The notes: generated by a model not told the origin, from the sequence alone. Shown: positions 1 to 14,035, counted from the first letter of the stretch. The stretch: DNA of 64,000 nt from Pelomyxa schiedti (GCA_020536535.1 JAHLWZ010000185.1:44347-108346), one strand, 5' to 3'. Made by a program: numbers and translations.

Positions 1-3000
1 CTGCCAGTACATAGAAAAAGATGTACAGTGCCACTGATCTTCTACTATTTCGCACTGGGTAGTAGTACAGTCTTCTGAGAGAGTTGCTAGAAAGTGTCCC
101 TGTGCTTCAAATATGAAGTTGGAGTTCCCGTGGGCGGTAATTCTGGAAGGTTGGGACTCTGGAGGAGAAAGTTAGAAATAAAAAGAGGAGATAAGGTTGA
201 ATGCATACGCCCAAGTCCATAGCAGTATTGCAAAGTCCAAGATTTGTCAAAGAAAAGCAGGCAAGATTTGTCTCCAGCGCAATCACCATCATATTGTCCC
301 TTTGGAAGTGGAAAGGTTCCCTCTGGTGATGATACCAAGATAATCCTTTTAGAGTACGTGTGTAAAAATCAAGTGGGTGCATGCAATACCAGTATTCTGA
401 AAATGAAATAATGTCTTGGAAAGATTCGTCCCCTGGCCCTCCCCACGGGACTTTGATGCAGGAGCATATTAATTGTTTGTGCAAGAAGAAAGATAAGAGG
501 AGAAAACACACCAGACCATGAAACATCACAGTCACTCATATTAAGAGCCATGATGAAGGCATCTTGCGTCAAAAATGACATTGAAACCAAAAGGCCATTT
601 GGTGCATTTTCGAGTTTCAAAGGTGTATATTCTATCACTTTTTATGCACAAAGGATGTGGAGATATCCACACCTCCAGATCCAACAAGGTACATCAAACT
701 AGAGTCTTCGTCAATTTCAAGAGAATTCACCACGCCAGTGGCCTTGTCCCAAGAGAAATAACACTGCTCAGTCCCAACTGAATCGAATTTGACAAAGAAA
801 GGACCGTCACTGTTGCCACAACTATATAAATCTGGAAATGTTAGTGACAGTGAAGTGTTGTGATTACGAACTCACTGCCGTGAAGATCTTCCCTAGTTTT
901 CACCAAACTTCCATTCTTACTTGCAGATGGCTTGACAAAGGATGAAATGAAATCCATTTCTGGCAGGACCTGAGGGCAAAAATCGGAGCATTTTGCCCCT
1001 GCTTGATTCCATTGACACCCAGAATAATCCAGACAACCAGTTTCATCAAGATTATCACAGGCATCACATGACAGGGATGAAATCAAACATGAGTTCTGGG
1101 AAGTGCACCACCTGCAGCCTATCCTTGAAGGCGTCATCCTTACGTTTATGGGGAAGTTTACATACATGGTATCACATTGTCTTTGGTCTATATATGTAGA
1201 GCAAGCAGCCGGGCAGTCGATTTGAGTGGAACTGACACAAATAGAGTTGCTACAAAATTTACAGGAGGGAGTGTCTGAAATTTGGCAGTATTGTTCATTA
1301 TCTCTCACATCAGTGCAGAAGCTACAGTAGTCACTTTGTCCCACACACATTGCCGTGGCGTTGCACCATCTGCAGTCTGGCCTATTGTTGTTTTAAAAGA
1401 CACAACTCACTGACTGGATGTTCACTCACGTTAAACATGTGCCCTGGTCCTTTTGGAAACAATCCCCACAACTACCTGCAACACAAGTTTCACTGCTTGG
1501 ACAATATGAACACCCTCTAAAAGGATACCTACAGAAGAAACATCTGAGTGATGGAAGTGTGCCACTCACATACATGGAAATGCAAGACGCTTGATTGTCA
1601 CTTGCACTGCACTCTTGACAAGCCTGCTTTCCAGCTATACAGATTTCTCTAGATTCACACCATGAACACACTGAGGTTAGGTTGCAAACAGATTGATTGG
1701 CTATTTTTGAACAGTCTATTGTGAGGTTAGGTTGATGTAAAAAGGAGAGGAAGAGAGAGACCTTCAAGGAGATTGAAAAATAGGTACATTCCAGTTTCAT
1801 TTGTGTTCAAATCGAAAAGTCGCGGGAGGGATTCCCATGTTCTTGTGAGGGTTAGCATTAAATGTCAAAGACAGTATTCTATACGGAAAAGAGAGGCCAA
1901 TAGCAGCTTCACTGTGAGAAATCTTAGAGTCAAACCCGTGGAAATACCAATCTCCAGTAGAAAGCTGTTCAAGGACAGAGATTCCATTATCCCAGGGTCT
2001 AAACAAAAAGTCTTCATCCCCATCGCCATCAACATGTTCGTAGTTAAGGATAAAAAGGCAAGCGGGGAAAAATTGGTTGAGAAATAAAGGATATCACCAC
2101 AAACAAGTTGACAGGAAGTCAAGTTAACATTATACATGGAATACACATCCTTGATAATCCATTGGCCACCATCAGGGAAGCTCTCCCCAACAAATTTGGC
2201 AAGGGTAAAAGTTAGGTTTCCTGTCGTATCTCGTAGTGCTAGCATTACCATCCAGCTACCTGCTATTTGTTTGTTTTCAACTTTAAAAAGAGGAGCAATA
2301 CCTAAACATGCTGAACTACACTCGACATGAGCTGATAACGTCTGATAGATGGCAAGTTGGTTCCACCCATATCCAGTGATTGTGTCATCGTTCCACACCA
2401 CTACAACTTTTTGGTCACCCACAGCCATTAGCACCACAGGAGAAGGATGACTGGGGATATTCCCTCCAATTGTCCCGTAGAGTGGCATTTGATAAAGAAC
2501 CTCAATTCCAGAGACCGGAATTACACTTGGGCAATCAAGAGTCAGTGGATCCAGTTGGGAACCCAAAGTCCCATTGCACACATATATCCCATTTGGTGTA
2601 GTTGAGGCCGATGACGAACAGAGCAAAAATGAAGTGAAGTACTCTAGAGTTGAGTGAAAACCCACTCCAGACACACAGTTTTCCTTGGGAGATGTGTAAT
2701 CCAAATCGCCTGTGCAGGTTACATGGACTCCTCTTGGACCTACACTAAGTGCACATGGGGGAACAGTATCATTCATCGAGGCCATAACAACGATACTTGT
2801 TGTGATAAAATCTATAAAGGATGGTGAGTCCTACTTTTTTTTGTCATAAAGATTGATGAAAGAAAAATGAAGAAGAGAGAAAGGAACTAAAGATAGGCAG
2901 GCAAGTCCACACCATCCCACAATTTAGTGTAGAGCACGGTATATCCAATGAGAGTGGTTACGAGCAAATCTGTGTGCGGAACGGCACTGCAGTTGCACGC

Positions 3001-3432
3001 GTCATTGCAATTGCAGCACCCACACACCGGGTCTACCCCGGCGCACTCTCCCGCAGTTGCACCTGCCGCTATGACGCCACCGCCACCGCCATCACGCCCC
3101 ACCCGTGTCCCCAAAGGCGCCGGCTTGGTGCACGAGCACCCGGTGTGCGCCACGAAGAGGGCGTGGTGCCCCAGCGCCGTGGCGAACTGCGTGGCCGGCG
3201 CGGCCGCCGAGTACGGCGCGTCGCACGTCGGCTTGCCATAATTGAGTTTCGCTGCGAGGCGCTCGCGGTGTGCCGCGATTCCGCGCCGGGGCTCCTCGAC
3301 CGTGTACAGCGTCGAGCTCGCGGTCCGTGCAAGCAAGAACAACGTTACAACCAGCAAGAAAACGGCCAACGGTTTCACGTTGAAGCAGCAACTTCGTGTG
3401 AAGAACGTAAGTCTCGGTCTTGTACTCGCCAT
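1..3432 (-). CDS. Large Cys-rich secreted/surface protein with signal peptide, FG-GAP/VCBS-like DxDGDG motif and PSI-like Cys repeats; multi-exon, 3' end runs off the window
   Basis: The ATG at 3432 is followed by a hydrophobic segment (LAVFLLVVTLFLLA). Spliced exons give VCGDVDGDGDEDFLF and repeated modules such as CSWCESREIC, CSYCPSSETC and CRWCTSQNSC. The reading frame (…CEIVEDQWHCTSFSMYWQ) is still open at base 1. Confidence 0.7.
2036..2094 (-). other. U12-type (minor spliceosome) AT-AC intron, 59 nt
   Basis: The minus strand reads G|ATATCCTTTATTTC…TTTTTATCCTTAACTACGAAC|ATGTTGATGGC. This has the U12 5' consensus ATATCCTT, the branch consensus TCCTTAAC and an AC terminus. Removing it restores GDVDGDGDED and joins ORF 1865..2785 to ORF 1797..2006. 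Confidence 0.88.
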
Positions 3433-3679
3433 TGAGAGCCTGCTTCTGAAAAAGGGGGATCTATTGGTTCTTTGTTTTTGTACCACTTTTGCTTGTGGTG
3501 GCTGTTTAAATTTGGGGTTTGTGTACCCCAATTTTTCCGATTGTAGATACGGAAGGGCCACAAGAAATTCGTGTGCGTGACAGAAGTAACTTCCCGTAAC
3601 TTTCTTTTGGGGGTTTGCATGAAAGTTGCACGGGAGAAGAACGTAGGCTCTCTCGCACACCATTTCAGAGTTGACCAAC

Positions 3680-5195
3680 TCAAAGTGACCACACTCCTGG
3701 TATCTTGGTGCCACAGCGGCCACATTGTCCAGTGGGAGTCCAATCACGCATGAGGTCAACAGAGTACCCTTGCCTGTCAATAAGCGGTGCTCGGCAGGAA
3801 TGGCAGTATGTGCGCTCCCCGTCGGCTGTGGCTATGTTCCCGACGTACACGTACTGTTTGTGTGTGGTTTTGTTTGTTTTTGTTTGTATTTGTTTGTGTG
3901 TGTTAGGTTATGGTTAGAAATGGGGGGATAGAAAGCTTGCCTGAAGGTGCTTCTTTGCGGCAGCCACGGCGTTTGTGAGTGTTCGCTCTGGTGTTATCTC
4001 CACGGATTTCATTTTGTACTTGGGGAAGAACCTAGACAAGTGCAATGGAGTGTGGTTTCCCAAGGTGTTGGCAATCCACTCAGCGGCCGACTCTACTTCT
4101 TGTGGGGAGTCGTTGTGGTGTGGAATGACCAGATATGCTATTTCTATCCATACATGTGGGTGCTTTGTGCGAAGGCGTTCGAGAGTACTGCAGACAGAAG
4201 ATAGGCGGGCACCACAAATATTATGATAAAAGTCTTCAGTGAAAGCTAAGAGAATGAATGTAAAAGTCAAGTTAAAGCTATTTCAGATACCTTTTAGGTC
4301 AACATTAGCGGCATCAATATAGGGATATAGTTCGTCTAAAGGCTCTTGATTAATGTAACCTTTGGGAAGGTTTGAGTGTTAGAGCAAGGAATCAAACTTC
4401 GAACCATTGGTAACCATGACGTTTTTAAGACCTCGAGCACGTGCAAGTTTGGCAATGTCAAGAACGTACTCATAAAAAATCTTTGGCTGTTAGTATGCAT
4501 CACAAGTCAACAAGGAGTTACAGTTGGTTCGTTGTAAGTGTAGGCAATTGACTTAGAACCGCTTCTAACTGCAGCCTCAACTATAGCCTCGGGGGGAACA
4601 AAGGCCACTCCTGATGATTCAATGTCTGTAGGCTGCATTTTTTGGCAATCCCCAATGAAGTGGAGCTTTTACCTGGGAAATTGAGTAGTTTTGGCAATGT
4701 TGGCATCTTAAATTACAGCCCAAAGTTCCAAGAGAAAACGCCGAACTTCAACGTGCATAAATGTTAGAGTGCAAAAACCCAAAGCAAAGATGAGGAAATA
4801 GAGCATACGAATTTGGCAAAAAGTGAAGTAACTGCCTCAATGATTTAATACGCGGGAAGCAATAGAGGCGGAGGGCATACCGGCTTCTTTTCAATCGGAT
4901 CAGTGTGAGTAGAACAAGGTCTCCCGTAAACCAATGACACCAAACGACCTATACACAGTTAGCAATGCACAACGACATAAGTACCAAAATTTTAAAAAGG
5001 TGGGAGAGAGAGAGAGAGAAAAAAAAAGGTAACCCAACCGTTTTCGTTTTTGCGAGCACGGCAGATTCCACACTTGCCCGGCGCCACCAGACAATTATTT
5101 GGGCACAACACGCACCTCACGTTGTTGCCTCCTCCTCCCTCGCTCACTGCCTGCTGCCACGCTGCCGGTTTTTTCGCACTCACAGAAGCTGCCAT
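3680..5195 (-). CDS. amrS: AmmeMemoRadiSam-system radical SAM enzyme (AmrS-like, PFL-activase-related), about 9 exons
   Basis: Spliced motifs: VRCVLCPNNC…GKCGICRARKN, DPIEKKPLLHFLP, SLGTLGCNLRCQHCQNYSISQ (CxxxCxxC), SIAYTYNEPT, VTNGYIN, DAANVDLK, PLHLSRFFP, YVYVGN and TYCHSC…CGRCG…IPGVW*. Confidence 0.88.
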
Positions 5196-5527
5196 TACTT
5201 ACACCAAGTGAAGTTGTCTTGAGTGCCTGGCTGAGGCTTGGGTCCGCGTCGGTGCTTCGAATTCGTCAACGGTTTTTTTTTAAAAAAAAAAATAGTACCC
5301 TTCAGAGCACCTCCCCCTACGACGAGGACCTGGATTTTCCCGCGTAGGGCAGTCCTTCTGGTGTGTAGGCACTTTGGCACAAGAAGCAACACCCGCGATG
5401 GATAGTCCAGTCCCAGTCTAGAATAGAAGAAGGTGCCTTGTTTGAAAGAAGAGTGTTAGGTACATGTTTTGAGCAGAGGCGCCATGTTCCCATCTTAATT
5501 ATGGGGGATTGGATCTACTTACTGGAA

Positions 5528-7758
5528 ATGGCGGGCAGTGCCGATCAGCGGGAGGTGACGTTGCGTGTGAAGCACTTGCCTGCGTCGCTGAGCGAGGAGT
5601 CGGTCAGGGAGTTGTTTTCGCATTATGGGGCAACGTCCGTTGCTTGTCTCCACGGCTCGGCGGTGTGTCTGCCTCTATCCTTGCACACACCCACGTTCCT
5701 CTTGTGGGATATCCTCGTTGCTGTTGGAACGAGTGCTTGATTGGTTGTTCGGCGGGTGCTGTCGTTTTGAAGTGGTTTTTTTTATATTGGTTGTTCAATT
5801 ATGGGATTTAGACTGGACATGCAGTAGTCACGTTTGGGGACACTGACCAAGCCACTCAAGTCATTGAAAAATTCAACAACGCCAAGTTGCTCGACAAAAT
5901 CCTCGTCGTGGAACTCGACACGTCGACGCCAGACCCCAACACAAAACCTCGTAGTCACCATCCCAATAACAATGTTACCGCAACCGCCTCACCATCAAAT
6001 AATGGGACCCAATCTCATCTGCAGCCTCAGCCTCAGTCACAATCTCAAAAACAAAGTTCTGTGTCCACATGTGCACTGCAGCAACCTGCGAAGAATTCGA
6101 ATTCCAATGTGACTAGCGCTCCCACAATTCCTTCTTGCGTAGATACTGCACAGAGAGCCCGATCTGTTGGCGGTACACCAATTTGCTCCAACTTGGGGTG
6201 TGCAACTGCCACTTACTTGTTTTGATGTCTTTTCATTTGTTTTCCATGCCATGAACTGGTGACATTTTCTTAGTTTTTTTTTCTACTTTTTGGACTGGTC
6301 TTTCAGTATCTTTGCACTGAAAAATTTTTTAACCCTAAGGTTAATGGCAGAATAAACTATCCTGCAAATCCAACTCTTGCTTACCGATATCCACCTCCAA
6401 CTACAAACACTGTTATCAATATTGCCAGTGCAGTGAGCTAGATCTCTTTCCATTCTTTTTTTTTTTCTTCCACTATTTTAACCAGATACCAGATATGCTC
6501 CATTCCAATGCTTTACACACAAGTTCTCAACCTGATGAACAAGATGAACCTACCCCCTCCTTTTGGGGAACTTGTGACCCCACACCCCCTACTGCAGCCT
6601 GCATTACAACCAAAGTGGAAAAGTCACCCTGCTTCCTCTGCAGTCGGAGCAGGGCACAAACACTTCTCCAGTAGCTCTGAATCAGATTCTGACACCCAAG
6701 AGGATGCACCTGCACAAAGAGGTCCCAAAAGGTCTTTTCCCATTCCACCCAAAAATCTGACAATTTTTCTTATCTTTTTTAGGCTAAGAATTTCCTCTGT
6801 GAAACCAGCAGTTCCCAAAAAAGAAACAATTAAAATAGTGGAAAAACCAAGAGTACGTCAGCATAACAACCCACATAACTAACTGTGAGATAGGTAAAGA
6901 CATCTGAAAGTGGACCAAAACCAGAGACACTATTTTTAAGGCAGTCACAGATTCCTGCACACCCATCACCTTCCCCAATTTGTATCACCCTTCCACAGTC
7001 CGGTTCTATTTATTCCGCCTCTACTCAAAGTCCTATGCCTATGTCTGTAACACATATTGAACAAACAAAATCCGCCAATCTGCAATACACTCAAGCCAAA
7101 AGCGGACTTTCACAAGAGGTGGACGTTGGTCCTCTTCCTAAAGAATCTCCCCCAACCACAACTAACGTAGCATCCACTGCAACACCAATTGTCACACTTA
7201 CAACAACACCAACTACAGCAAACATACCACAGCCTGAAACAGCACTAGATTCCTCAGCTACTGCAGGAGACACTATATCTCTAGCACAAATCATTGCCGG
7301 AAAACTGACTTCTGCAGGTCAGCCCCAAGGTTGAGGGATTTGTATTAATCCTCCACAGAATTCTCGGCACAATTTCCAAACCATCAAGCTGGTGCTCCTT
7401 CATCCAAATTATATCTAAAGAATCTTCACAAGAAATCAAATCGAGCCGACCTTACCTTCGTATTTGGGCGCTATTTTCCCCCAGAAGAGAGAGTGTATGG
7501 TGTACACATCATTTCCCCGAGTCTCACGTATTTGTCTCTAAAAGGTTCCTGGATATCAATCTTCTACCAAGAGGGAAAAAATCCACAGCTTTCATCAGCT
7601 TTCCTTCTATCTCCAGTGCCTCGCAGGCTTTGACTGAGTGTCAAGGCTATAAATTACATGACACCCCGATGTTGATTGTGAGACCCCAATCCAATCAACA
7701 TTCCAATTCTCACAAAAAACAGGAATTCAGCAAGCAAGCACTCACACAACAGCCCTGA
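5528..7758 (+). CDS. RNPC3: U11/U12 snRNP 65 kDa protein (two RRMs)
   Basis: N-terminal RRM TLRVKHLPASL…LFSHYGA. Family signature YPANPTLAYRYPPP…LYTQVLNLMNKMNLPPPF. C-terminal RRM GAPSSKLYLKNL…DLTFVFGRY…AFISFPS…GYKLHDTPMLIEF. Confidence 0.9.
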
Positions 7759-7842
7759 TCTATTTTCTACCAAAAGAAAGAGTAGCATAAAGCCAAATGG
7801 CGGAAAAATAAATGCATTTTTTAGTTATTGTGTTTCATAAGC

Positions 7843-9482
<1,640 letters not shown>

Positions 9483-9670
9483 GAACCGTTATTTTTCAAC
9501 AAAATACAAAAGTCTAGGAAGGAGAAATGCACGGACTTTTCATCCCCCAAAAGGAACGTCTGACCGAAGGTTTTTGTTTGTGCAGTCTCTAGCTGAGAAA
9601 AGATCCGGGTGGCTTTGCTGAATCTCTTGCCGAGTCCTCGCTACCGAGAACACACGACCAAATAGATCTA

Positions 9671-12600
9671 ATGTCTGCGACGGTGCCGCACAAGCGGCAC
9701 CCCTCGCAAGCCATACAGCGCAACACAAAACTAGGTAGTGCGGCTCTGCCCATAGTCCCCACCGACGTACCAAAAAGGCGCAGGACCGCCGCCCAGCCAC
9801 CCCCAAAGCCATCGACGCCCACGAGTGCTGCTGCTGCTACTACTACTAGTAGCATATCGACAGTACACCGCGGGGTAGCAACCGCAACCAACAACACGAT
9901 AAAAAACCCGAAGACCCCCCCGGCGAGGAAAAACCCTGTGCCGACAATTCGCCCGACAGCAGTGCACGACAACATGGCGGCCAACAACACCACCATGAAA
10001 AACACGACGACCCCGTCGACACCCGCGGCGAGGAAAAACCCTGTGACAACTCGCCCGGGGCCAGAATCAGCAACGCGTGCCACCGTTACATCTACTGCCC
10101 GCGAAGACGACGAGGACGAGGATGAGGGCGAGGAAGCGGGGCTGCCGGCCCCTACCAAGACGGCGAAAACAGCCACTTCCCATAATACCCCCTACAGCAG
10201 CAGCGGCCACAAGCCGATGGGCACCAAGAACGTGGACCATAATCAAACTGGTCACCACAAGGGTGCCATTCCCAAATCGTGTTCGTCAGGGAGCTCAGAA
10301 CCCCTAAGTGCGCATGTAAATAAAGGCACTGAGACTGTCACAGAACCTGCACTGCAACAAACACCTCCCATTGTCCCAAATCCCACCCCCAAACAAAAAA
10401 GTGATACCTCCAAGGTTCCAACATGCCAGAAAAAATCGCCTGTGGCTCCGCTATCCACGAAAAAGAAAAAACCAAAACCAACAACAACCCAGAATCATGG
10501 AAACACCGCACTTAACACTGGAAGGGCAATGGGAATATCGGACAAGTTCTCCCAACAATCAATAACCACTTCTGTGTCACAACCAACAAAGTGCCCTTTC
10601 CAAGTGGGGGTTAAACCTAAAACACCTGAACCTTCAAGCCGGCAGATAAGTGCGAATGCAAGAGAAGCCAAAGCCAAAAGAACAAAAAAATCTGAACAAG
10701 GAGCAGAACTAAAAACTGCCAATCAAAGCCAGCCAATCCAAAGCTGTGGAAGTAGCTGCACAACACAAAATACTTCACGAAGTGTTCAATCAATAAGCTT
10801 TGTGGAAAATGGGAGAGGCACCCCACCATTGGAGGGAATGACAGAGGAAATGGTGCTGAGGTGCGTGGACGGGAATTTTCCTGTTCCACCTGACGCGACC
10901 GTCTTGGTTCCTCCTTATGCAACCAGTGTGGACCTCTCCACTTTTGAATGCAGGCAGGTTTTTAAGTGGTACTTGATGGCAATGAAGGTGACATTTCTGA
11001 TGAACTCTACAATAAGGTACCTCCGCCCTTCACAGTCTCGATATTGACACCATTTAGGCCTGTACATGTTTGGTAAAACCGGCCTTAAACACATGTAAAA
11101 GATGGAGATCAAAAGCAGCAGCTGATGCGGCCAGGGCAGTTGCTGAAGCAAAGGCTAAAGCCATGGTTGCTGAAGCAAAGGCTAAAAAAGCCATGGAGGT
11201 TGCTGAAGCAAAGGCTAAAAGAGCCATGGAGGTTGCTGAAGCAAAGGCTAAAAGAGCCATGGAGGTTGCTGAAGCAAAGACTAAAGAAGCCACGGAGGCA
11301 AAGGCTAAAGCAGATGAGGCCAGGGCAGTTGCCGAAGCAAAGGCTAAAGCAGTTGCCGAAGCACAGGCTAAAGCAGCCATGGAGGCAAAGGCTCACACAA
11401 ATATTGTTGTAAAACGTATGTTTTCATGAAGTTGAGAGTAGCAAATTTGATCATCCTTTTTTTGCAGATAATCTTGATACCGTCAGCAAGGAGGCTATGA
11501 ATGAACTTAGGCACTATTACATGACTGGGACAGGGATGGTTGGCTCCTGCAAAATTCTGGTTGAGTTAGAAAAGACAATCAACTCTGTTCAAAAAGCCCC
11601 GTTTGGCCAAGGCATTGACAAACCCTTTATTATTCTGGATGGGTCATCTGGAATGGGCAAGACGCAGCTGGCCTTCTCGTTGAAAGAAGATGTCATGTTT
11701 GTTTTTTACCCTCTCTTCTCTCATTTTCCTGGTGCTGGAGGCCTTCTTGCTTGCTGACTCTGAGTAGATACCTTGTTTATAGTGGTGAGAACCAGGATAT
11801 ATACAAGTGCTTTTCACATTTATCAAGTGCATTCAGGCAGTCCGTTCTCAGAGACTCTGGGCATCTTAAGCAGATCGATATGTTACCATATTGCCATTTC
11901 TTGTTTTCTGAACAGGAATTGTTGTGGACCACAGCTTTCTTTGATTGGTGCTTTGGAGAACAGTGGGACCCAAGTACCAAGAAATGCAGGATGAAAAATA
12001 CCCCACATTTCAATTCATCAGACCCAGACAGCAGCAACACAGAGGAGCAATACCCACGGAGACTCCCATATAGCCTTTTGGGAAGGATTAACCACCAAAT
12101 CACAGGTCCAATGACCAATAGTCACTTTTTGGAAAAGTGGTCGTGGTTACCAAGAAAGCCTGTTATTTTTATAGACGAGATGCCAGGACAAAATAAGAAG
12201 GAAGAACTTGAGTTTATGAGAAATCTGTGCCGAGCTTTGGGCCTCGCTGTTATTTTGTCTGGCACAAACTCCAGAGCGGTAAATATGCTCAATACTGACT
12301 CGTCACGAATTGAGTCTACCCCTTATCTGTGGTGCCATTTGTTCCCAAGGCCTTCACCTCCGACAGTGACGTCATTGAAAGCATCAAGGGTGCCAAAATA
12401 TGATCAAATTCTGGCCAAGTGCAACGAAATTGACCCAAGACTTGCCGATTTCGTCAGGAAGTGCTGCGTCACCTGCAGAGGGTTATTTGTCCTTGCCATG
12501 TTGCGTCATTTGGAAGTGACACTTCTGGCTGCACACCCTCAAGGCATATTATCGCCACTGGAGGTACTGGATGACCTCATGGCAGCGATGCAAGGCACAG

Positions 12601-13685
12601 TGCTGCAGAAGAAGAACTCCATTTACACAACCCAAGTTGGTCGTTCTGGACAGGTGTTGATGTATTTCTCTGGGATCAAATGTGCCTCAGAGGTTATCTC
12701 CAAACACTTTGCGTACCTGTATCTTAAAAGGAAGGATGCTGCCGAAGAAGAGAGTGGCCTTGAATTGCGCTTCTGGCGTAAGGATGGCACCGTTGTGGAA
12801 GAGTCGCACAAGGACTTTCCTTTGGATAACACTAAGTTTTGTGGAAACATATATCCACACCCGTACTCCTTCTTCCCCACAATTAAATGCGAACCGCTTC
12901 TATTCCTGTCACTCTGCGCGAATTACAAATGTAAGTTCAGCTTCTTGAATGAAAACAGGGAAGGAATTCCTCTTTGCCAGGCTTGGCTGAATCGTGACTT
13001 GCTTGCTCAAATTCAGATACATGTAAAAACCCAGACTGAGAGGAGCACAAAGAGCGATGGCTCGATACTGGAGCAGTACGCCGGAGTTGCCATTGCCGCA
13101 GCCTCGCATCGTGGTGGCCTGCAGGGCCAAAAGGTTCTTCCTTTTCTCACAGCTTTGGTTTACCACCTCTATGGGAGTCGTTGCTCTGTCCAATTTGAGC
13201 GACTAGTCAATAAAAGGTCAATAATACCCAAAAGCATGCAAGACATGAAGATACCTTTCCTGTCACCAACTGATGATATATTCCCACCATCATTGAAAGC
13301 GATTCCCGGTGTGAACGTGGTTGAACTGGTGAGAACAGACGATCAATCTCAAATTGACATGAAAGCTGGCAGCTGCCTGATCGTTGAAGCCAAGGACCAC
13401 AAAAAGTTCAGGGCCTCTGATGTTGAAACAGTGTTACGCAAATTCAATCGCCATGCAACAGCGGAGCCACAACTCTGTTTGATATTCCAGAAGGTGATGA
13501 ACAAGGACCCGTATGTACTGCACACAACAGGGCCTATTTACCAGTTCCGGGTTGAACAGACAGAAGGGATCGAGGATCTCAGGTGCCTGACACCTACTAA
13601 GTATGGGTGTGGAAAAAAACCCTCGAATAAACAAGGTTCGCAAACCCAAGCAGCACCTCAAGCAAGGATCCTGACATCAAAATAA
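9671..13685 (+). CDS. Crinkler-like protein: low-complexity N-terminus, helical repeats, P-loop NTPase and PD-(D/E)xK REase-fold domain
   Basis: Walker A GSSGMGKT and Walker B VIFIDEM, followed by MRNLCRALGLAVILSGTN. Then DGSILE…AASH, IPFLSP and RTDD…ID…VEAKD. GT-AG introns join ORFs 11070, 11497 and 11751 in frame; the junction to the 9671 ORF is less certain. Confidence 0.72.
11120..11392 (+). repeat. Coding tandem repeat, about 33-bp unit (AEAKAKRAMEV), about 8 degenerate copies
   Basis: The unit gctgaagcaaaggctaaaagagccatggaggtt is visibly repeated. Confidence 0.9.
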
Positions 13686-14035
13686 ATGGCCTGTGCATCA
13701 TTTTCGAAGTTGGGAATGTCAACCCTCCAAACCCCCCAGGATGCTCAGAAGTGAGTGGCTACTTTGAGAACCTCGTGATCATCCCTGAAAACACTTAATG
13801 ACTACAAAAAAATGCATTTTGATGAATCAGAGTGTTGTTCTTAGTGACGGAGTGGGTGGAAAAATCTGCTCTTTTTTGATTTAGCAGGCCCAAAGGGTGG
13901 ACCATAAAATGTGCTTGGTCCTGCGCGACGATAACGAAAAAGACAGCCTTCTGGTGGGTTGATTATTTGGCTGAATAAAATAATCCACAGAGCGGAACGC
14001 TGAACTTTTCGTTAATTGTTTCCTTCTCCGTGGTT

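Noticed and set aside
1519-1528. GTATCCTTTT on the minus strand, resembling a U12 GT donor
   Set aside because: It directly follows a CTGTAG acceptor and encodes M-Y-P-F in a Cys module. There is no U12 branch box downstream.
3433-3780. N-terminal extension of ORF 2887..3780
   Set aside because: It overlaps the last amrS exon in another frame and the intergenic spacer. The signal peptide points to the ATG at 3432.
11120-11392. Regular ~33-bp repeats as a possible CRISPR array
   Set aside because: There are no unique spacers. It is an in-frame coding repeat in a eukaryotic gene, with no cas genes.
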